DNA of 64,000 nt. Source: Podarcis tiliguerta. Lineage: Eukaryota. The notes beneath the pieces are model-generated. The model was not told where the DNA came from. It made no database searches and saw only the letters and a program-made list of their open reading frames with translations. The stretch lies in assembly GCA_965153285.1 (NCBI GenBank), contig OZ229111.1; one strand, 5' to 3'. Shown here piece by piece: positions 56,212-64,000 of the stretch. Position numbers and translations under genes: made by a program. Every line of letters begins with the position of its first letter. The stretch's first letter is position 1.

Positions 56212-57449
56212 CTAGGGAAGGCACAGTAAGTGATTGTGTAACATGCACACAATGCCTCAGCAGAGCTGGCCTGCAGTTCTCAGGCCACCTGCTCAGGCCA
56301 AGAAGCCAGTTATTTCTGCTCTAATTTATAGTAAGGACAAGCACTTGTCGTCACATTTTCCTGGGCTGTTGCTGTTGCTTTTTAATTAAATGCCATTTCA
56401 CAATTTCAGGAAGTGATTTCTCAGCACATATCAAATTGACTTTTGAACAATAGGCATATCAAAACTGCAAAATATATAAAATATTACGAGTGCTGTAACA
56501 CTCAACTCAGCAGGAAATCAATTAAAATTTAACAAAATACAAAGAGAAACAGAAAAGAACCCCTGTTTTCCCTCCTCCCTTACTCCTATTGCAGTTGTGT
56601 TAATGCACCGTCCATAAATTAAACAATGCGAAAAAAATCCTACACATTTCCAGCACACGTATTTGAAATCACTGCTATCTGCATATGAAAGGAAAGGCAC
56701 CCACATGTTCATAAATTGATTTCTCTTATTAAATCCACTTGCTTTTTGAACTTGCTCTGTAAATTTATACATGTTTTTAAATTGGAATAGCCTGAGTTGT
56801 TAAGACAGTAGAACAAAGGAGGATATACAGAGAGAAAAGGAAGTTATTGCTTCCAGCTGGCTAGCCAGAATTGATCAGCTTTAGATAGTGCAGATCTCCC
56901 AACACACATCAAGGACGTTGCTAAGAAGCCAGAAAATACATTCAGAATATCTAGAGTGGGACTTTTAGCTAATGCTAACTCTGCAAAAGAACCCACCACC
57001 ACTAAGGACAGAAAGTTAAAATCTTCCAAAATCATAGCTTCAAGAAAGCCTATGAAAGACTGGAAGATTAACTCTTCCAGTCAGTCATGTAGAGCCATTC
57101 ACCAAAGATTTCTTACTAATGAAGTCAGATGAATCATTCTTATAAAATGTTGCAAAATACTGACATTTTGCCAGAATTATGTGCAACCAAATACAGAAGC
57201 TATCTAGAAAGATTCATTAGGTCTTTCTAGCCCCTCTTCCATCCATCTTTTTTCTCCAAACAACTCAAGTGAGGTGTTCATTCACTTGTCATCCTATTTA
57301 TTATCGTAACTTCTCCATATGGGGAGGACAAGAGATACAGTAGTTACTCCTATGGGTAGCCAGTGAGCTTCATAAGTAAGCAGGGAGCTGAACCTAGTCC
57401 CAGTTCAACTCTTATGGACTAGACCACACTGGTCCTTCACATCCCAGGA

Positions 57450-58130
57450 TGTGCTGGCAAGTGACAGTTAGACCACCTGGTCACAGTAGCTACATGAACT
57501 TCCAGGAGTAATGCTGCATCTAAGAACACTCCCAAATAGTGAATCTGATTCTTCAGAGCTAATGCAACCCCACCTCAGACTGCTTGGACTCTCAGTCCTG
57601 AATTAGCTTCTCTACTGAACAATTGCACCTCTGTCTTATGTGGACTGAGGACTTGTTAGTCCCCATCAAGTCCTTCACTGCATCCAGACGACGGTTCAAA
57701 ATTTCCACCACTTCATCAGATTAGTTGAAAAGGAGAGATAGAGCTAGGTATCATCAGTGTATAGATGAGGCCGTACCCTGACAGCTTCATGTAGACATTT
57801 TTAAAAAAGAAGGGGGTGAAAAAGAGCCACAAGGCAACAACCAAGAGGCTGAGCAACACATCCCCCAAGACTACTTCTGAACTTCTTCCACCATAAAATG
57901 ATGTTCCCAGTGCCTATACCAGCCAAGAATCCCAGGAATTCTCCATGGTATTCAAATGCTGCAGAACCAACAGGGATAAACTCCCCAACTAGTTTCTGGC
58001 ACAGATAATCCACCAATGCTGTTTTGGTCCCGAAACTAAGCCTGAAACCAGACTGGATAAGAAACAGATATGACCTCATCAACCCTAAGCAGCATCTTTA
58101 GCAAAAGCTTTTCTTTAGCAAAGCTTTGGC
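57450..58130 (-). mobile_element. Degenerate L2 LINE RT-domain fragment
   Basis: Minus-strand relic motifs QSGFR.SFGT.TALV, SAAF and HLYTDDT (a YADD relic); boundaries approximate. Confidence 0.7.
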
Positions 58131-58227
58131 TTTTATCTTGGTCCAGCAGACCAGAGGACCAATATACTACTGAGATATTCCCACAGCCCATCCCTTCATT
58201 ACCAACCCTCTTTTGGAGGTTACTCAC

Positions 58228-58379
58228 TGCTCAGCGCTGATGTATTCGCTCTCGATGGGCATGCACGTCACTTTGCCAACCCACACACCCAAGCGTACGT
58301 CCTCAAACTTCAGGCCCAGGTTCTCTCCAGTGATGGTTAAGCGAGTACCGCCCTGCCGGGGGCCTGTTTCAGGTGTCAG
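58228..58379 (-). CDS. PLXNA1: PLXNA1 exon (IPT1), 152 nt: [50 protein letters not shown](Q)
   Basis: Acceptor ttcctag|CTG, donor GCA|gtgagt; phase 0 to 2. Confidence 0.95.
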
Positions 58380-61300
58380 CTAGGAAGAAACAAACCAGAC
58401 TGTTATTGGATTCATTAGGCCATTGTCAACAGTTTGCCTGCATGCCATAACAACTCAGCAGCCCACCCAACATTTATATATCTAAGGCTTATTTAAATAT
58501 CTACAGCTCCATGCAGGTTACAAAATAAACATATAATCAGGTAAACTAAAATGAAGATTGCAAATGCTTAAAACCCAGACAGGTGTTCTGAATAGGTTGC
58601 TGTCTTCCAAGCAGTGATAATAATCCACCTTTCCCACCTCAACCTATTAACACAACATCCTCTTCTCTGCTCCCCACAGTACTGCCACACAAACCAGGTA
58701 TTGTTTTACACCAACTATTCACCACCTGCATGGTGCTAAGAACTTTGGTAGTATTAAGGACAACCAGTGCAATATTTCAACTTTGCCCTGAAGGACCAAG
58801 TCCCAGCCATTCCCTTCCAACCACAGCAACTGGAGAGAAGGCATCTGGGCCGTGCACACGGCGAAAATACATTTTACATTTCTGGAAAGCACTGGGAGTT
58901 TCATTGTGCTGGAGCACAGCAAAAAGAAAATAACACCCATGCATCTATCCACCTGTGAATAAGCTTCAGGACACCTAAACCACATGTTTGGAATGGCTGG
59001 GCTGTTGATCCTGCTAATATTCAAGCAGGTGGCTCCAAGGTATCACAATGGCTAATGTATGTAAGCTCTTGATTCGCTCTGGCTCACTCTGCAGTTATGG
59101 TGATATGAAAATGGAAACAGTAAAAGTTTTTTTCCCATAGGATGGCTTGCTCATGGTCTCAACAACGGACTATCCTTCAGAATGGCACAGAACGTCCCAC
59201 TTTTTCTTTTTTTTTGGCATTCTGCATATCCTTGGCAAGGGCAGTGGACACTTGCAGAGAGGCTATTTTTCTTTCATGCTGTGAGTTAGCACAGGGAAAG
59301 TAATCTCTCCAGAGCCCTCCCCACCAAGGGAGACACCAGTTAACCCCTGTAAAGTGGATCCTCTCTTCCCCTACCAACTCTGGTGTATCCCAGCATGTGA
59401 AGTTTCTGACAGCACCAGCTGGGGAGGGAGGGGAGCCCCAGTGAGCACGATATGCCTCATTTGTTAAGATGATTCCCAATAAAGCGGACAGGTGTGGCTT
59501 GACACACACTGCGTGATGACGGATGAGCAGTGTGGCACGGGCCCACCATTGCCACTAACAAGGCAATTATGGGCAATTTTACACCACATTTTGCTGGCCC
59601 CCTGGTGCTCAGCACACACCTGCAAGTGATAAGACGATTAATGGGCATGCAGGTGGGGAAAGCTCTGTGCTGGGTCACTGGCAACCCCAAGCCAAGGGAA
59701 GTGGGCTCCAGGAGAAAGAAGCCTCAGCATAGTCATTGTTGATGCACTGAAATAGGCCTAGCAAAACCAACTGCAGATTGCTTACCTGACCAGTCAACAT
59801 TAAAGCTACTGGTCCCACTGTTCCTGCTGGCTCTGCATACAGCCTAAACTTTCTAAGCTGGTGGGAAGTAGCAACCATGCCTGAGAACACATCCCCATTA
59901 TTTGTTTAAATCTGCATCCTGCCAGCTTCCAAATGTTCAGAAAGGATCTCATGTTTAAAAATAGACCGAAGGCATCAAAATATCATCAAGACAAAGCCAC
60001 TACAGGCCTCCCATTGCTGCTTCCAACAGAAAAGCCTTATATTATCTACAGATAATGCACAGGCTCTGGCAAACCTCCAGGAGCAGGGATTTCTATAATT
60101 ATGAGGCAGCCACAAAGTTACCTCACTCCACGCTCTTGCACAGATTGCATTGTTAGGAAGGCACAGACTGTGTTGATTTTAACAGTAAAGATGTGTCATA
60201 AGATGGGAAAGAGATTTCTAAGGCATGTGTGGGCCAAACTTCTTAGTTCTAAGCCAGTATCTTCTATTGTTGCTGGATAACTAGTAAGGCACCAATGGAG
60301 ATCTTGAAACATAAACGTAACGAGAAACAGCTCCCCAAAAATTCATGCCTGAGGCCGATAATCCAAATGGCAACTCTGCTGCCACCACCGATGGTGGTAA
60401 AATATATTAATAAAATATCTGGGGGTGGGGGCAGGAATGGCTGCCTTTTAATGTTACCCCAAACTATGCTGCTTCAGGCAGACAGCCTTACCATGTCTAA
60501 CAATAGGGCCACAGACTTGAGCGAAAATACATAGCAGTCCTGCAGTCCCCATGCTATCTCACTGTGTATCAGGCATCTCTTCTGAAGATTTGTCAAGGAG
60601 GGTAACAGCATGCAGAGTGCACTACAATAAGAAGATGGCAAAAGGCTGCTCATGTATGATGCAACTCTTTTCTAGCTGGGGAGATCTCAGCCTCTGTAAC
60701 ACTACGCTCCTCCAGTAGCCGCCCCTAAAGACAGGCAAAATTTCTGTTAGGCTTGTACTCTCAGAATCACAGGTCCTCAGACACTCCTCGCCTCCAGAAC
60801 AGGGCCCTTTCATTCTACAATATGGGCCATAATTTGGGACAGACAGACTTGGTAGAGGAGAAGTAGCAAACCAACAGAGAGCTATTTCCTCCAGCCCCAG
60901 GGGGCAGTGCAAAGGTAAAGAACATCTCCTTCAACATACCTGACCAAGGCATCAACATGAGTCATTAAAACATAACACTTTATTTTTCATTCTCCGACTC
61001 TTGCCTCACAAACACCATCCAAGTCTCATTAACAAAGCAGCAAAAGGAGGCTACGTTGGAGAATTACCAGCAGCCAAGGCACAAAGAGGTTGTAGCATGC
61101 CCAAAGCCAACTTGGATTAGGTATCCAAAGCCCACAAACCCTGGCTCCCTTCTCTGCTCCCTGACTTGCAGGCTGCTCCACGAGTTAACTTACAAGCAGG
61201 CCTAGGGCAATCACATGCTATGCCTCAGAATTTATACAACAGTCAAACCGATTTGAGCTTTGGGGGTTTGCTGCTCGCCTAAATTCAATCCAATCATCTG

Positions 61301-63104
61301 CTAAAGTCCTGGATCAGAACTCATTAAGGCAGCTGCTGCAGCAGGCAACCCGAGTCATTCTTTCCTAAATTGGGCTCCTCTGGGATACTTGGTGAGCCGT
61401 GGCTGTTTGTTTGGTATTGTTAAATTAGTGTTAAAGGCTGCCGTGGTATGTTAGATTTCCCCTCCACTGCAGCAAAACTGACAAGGGCCACACGTTTGGG
61501 GAGCAGCAACTCTGGGAAAAAGTTGACACTGCTTGACACACTGTGTGGGGAGGTCGCGGCTAAACAAGGCACTTGGGAACCAGAGCTGGCAGGGAAATCT
61601 GGCTCTTTCTTGAACCGTCTCCCCTTAAACACTCACACACAGAGTCACAGAAGCAGGCACTCTCCCACCCCAGCTCCATCCCTGACAAACAACAGCACTC
61701 TTTTGCTAATTGGTTTCAGAGCACAAACCCTTCAGATCTGCCAAATGAAGTGGACACAAGATATATCAGTGCCCAAAAGATGAGATAATGAATCATCAAC
61801 TAACCGGTTTGGCCATTTGATCATTTCATTTCAGAATAGCCCTCCTGTGCCTGTATGAATATATTCTAGCTGAGAATGTACCACTTAAAACTGGAGCTTT
61901 GAAAGCACACAGAGGCGACCTTCCGTCTTCTTGTGCAGCAGCAAAACTTCTATTAGGAGTCTCTGAGATCAGGCTTTCAAAAGTGAAGCGATACTGACAT
62001 CGGTAGCACGGCTACTTAGAATGATGGGTTTGCTTCCCAAGCTGTGTTAAGAAAGAAAGGCACTACATTTGGGCTTGATTCTGGAACATAGCATCATGCC
62101 AGGTTGATAAAAGACAAGTCTGGAAGGTCTAATGGAGTACTGACTTGCCACCGTAAAATTAAGGCTAAACTCGTTTATTTGGCATAGTGTTATCGTTCTG
62201 AGGAGATAAGAACACTGTAAAGCCTTCTGCACAGTAACGGTGCTACAGAGATAGCGAAAGCAAAATGCAGGCTGATAAATTATTTCAGCAGGACATCCAA
62301 TGGCTCTAGTCTTAACTCAAATGGTGCTCTTCTGGAACCCTTGGAGTAGAAGGAATCCGAGTGCCAAGCAGAAAGTTCTCCACCTGTTCCAGACTAATGA
62401 CCCATACAGTTTAACATTTTCCATATTCTATTTCTTTGTGCATGCTGTGCCCATCATTCATTCCACTGCACTGAAGCTGATCTTATCGCAAGGGTAGCCA
62501 ACGTGGCGCCCTTTTGGTGCTGTTTATGTCCAACTCCCATTACTATTGGTTACACTGGTCAAGGCTAATGGGAGCTGGAGCCCAACAACATCTAGAAAGC
62601 ACCAGGAAGTCATCAACAATTGTCTGGAGGAGCACCTACGAAGGCTGCATGGCCTTCAAGGCTTCAACCAGAGCAACAGTTGGAAAAAGCACCAATGTTA
62701 AGTCCCCAAACTTGGAATGCATGCATGGAAAGGCACACTACTTGATTTGCCTACACAGGGCTTACAATTAGTGTGACAAGTTCTTAATTTGATTTTAATT
62801 ATTTAATGATGCAGAGAGTATCATTAAAACCTAATGCTGGCAAGTGCTCAAAAATTGGCAGGTAAACAAGATGTGCGTTATCAACACCATTTAGTAGCCT
62901 TGACACTACATAATGGTTCACAAACCTCTTCATGACAACCCCACACTTCACATAACAGGGTTCAGTCAGAATTGGTTCTGGAGAGCTTCATACCTTGCAA
63001 TCAGGAGTCAGTGTGAATATCTTAAATCAAGTTTTAGGATTCTAGTATCATACACTTGTCTAAAAGGAGCTGGTGACCCAGGAAGAGATGCACTTCTTCA
63101 CACA

Positions 63105-63230
63105 GTGCATACTTAAACTATGGGATGTGTTCCCACAGGAAGCAGTAATGGCCACCAGCTTTAAAAGAGGATCCGACACATTCATAGAGGACAAGGCTAT
63201 CAATTGCTACTAGTCACAATGTCTATGTTC
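63105..63230 (+). mobile_element. CR1-like 3' coding fragment
   Basis: 'ctttaaaagaggatccgacacattcatagaggacaaggctatcaat' resembles the FKRGLDKFMEDKAIN end of CR1 ORF2. Confidence 0.5.
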
Positions 63231-64000
63231 TCTCTGGTTATGCCCCTCTCTGTGTAGCTTCTCAATGTGAAGCTTGGAGGGTAGCAACAAAGGAGGGACT
63301 TTCTGGTGGCAGCCCTTGACTAGGGTAGCTTGCCGGGCACCGACATTGCTGCCTTTTTAGGCTAATACTTTTCTATTCTCCCAGGTCTTTTAAGATCAGA
63401 CTTTCAGTCCTGTGGCATATGGTGGCTTTAGCGCATGCATCTGGTGGCTGTTTTAGTTCTGTGCTGTCTGTGGCATTTTATTGTGCTGGTTTTGTACTTT
63501 GCTTTTATGTCACTTAATCTTACTGTGGGTTTTATTGTAGTGTGGTTTTATTGTTGTGTTTTCAATCTCTGCTTGCCACCTGGAATATTTAGTTTATGAG
63601 TCATCTCATAAACACAACCCACAATCAAATAAATGCCTATTTACAACTCACCACCTTGCTGTAGTATTGTCAAAATGATATCCCTTGCTCTACCTTTTCC
63701 CTCCACCTCCCCTTTCTTTGTGTTCCTTCTTATTTTATTTTTTAAGTTTGGATGCCTGATGGAAGGCTCCCCATTTCTCTCTCTTTCTTCTTCCCTCTCT
63801 CTTTAATTGATGAGAGCTGCTTTGGAAGAGACCATTTGTCTGGAAAGCGGTATAAAAATATAATAAAATAAATAGTATTCGGCCACTGTATTTGAAACAT
63901 ATGCATATAATAGTGATTTAAAAAAGATTCACTCCAGCTTTCTGAGACGTATTCTTGGACTCCCAGCTGCGATTAAATATGAAACAATGTGTGCAGAAAT

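Noticed and set aside
58380-64000. Upstream PSI-domain exon
   Set aside because: No Cys-rich plexin sequence with splice sites was recognised; the region appears intronic.

Overview
Eukaryotic genomic DNA from a vertebrate. The repeat content (Sauria SINE, BovB, CR1, L2, Tc1/mariner and hAT MITEs) points to a squamate, probably a lacertid lizard. The whole window lies inside one minus-strand gene, plexin-A1 (PLXNA1). I reconstructed 19 consecutive coding exons (58379 down to 2393). All have GT-AG boundaries and compatible phases, giving 2988 nt / 996 aa with no stop. They encode the IPT/TIG domains, the transmembrane helix, the juxtamembrane region, the split RasGAP domain and the Rho-binding domain. 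The upstream Sema/PSI exons and the final coding exon lie outside the window. Introns contain a young RTE LINE (about 1.4 kb), a BovB 3' fragment tail-to-tail with a Sauria SINE, an L1-like fragment with a 15-bp TSD, several MITEs, old L2/CR1 relics, microsatellites and several repeat-free, homeodomain-motif-rich blocks that look like enhancers. I see no convincing novel biological system. The best new leads are two candidate microexons (12 nt and 3/9 nt) and the putative enhancers. Family assignments and comparisons with human PLXNA1 are from memory and were not checked by database search.
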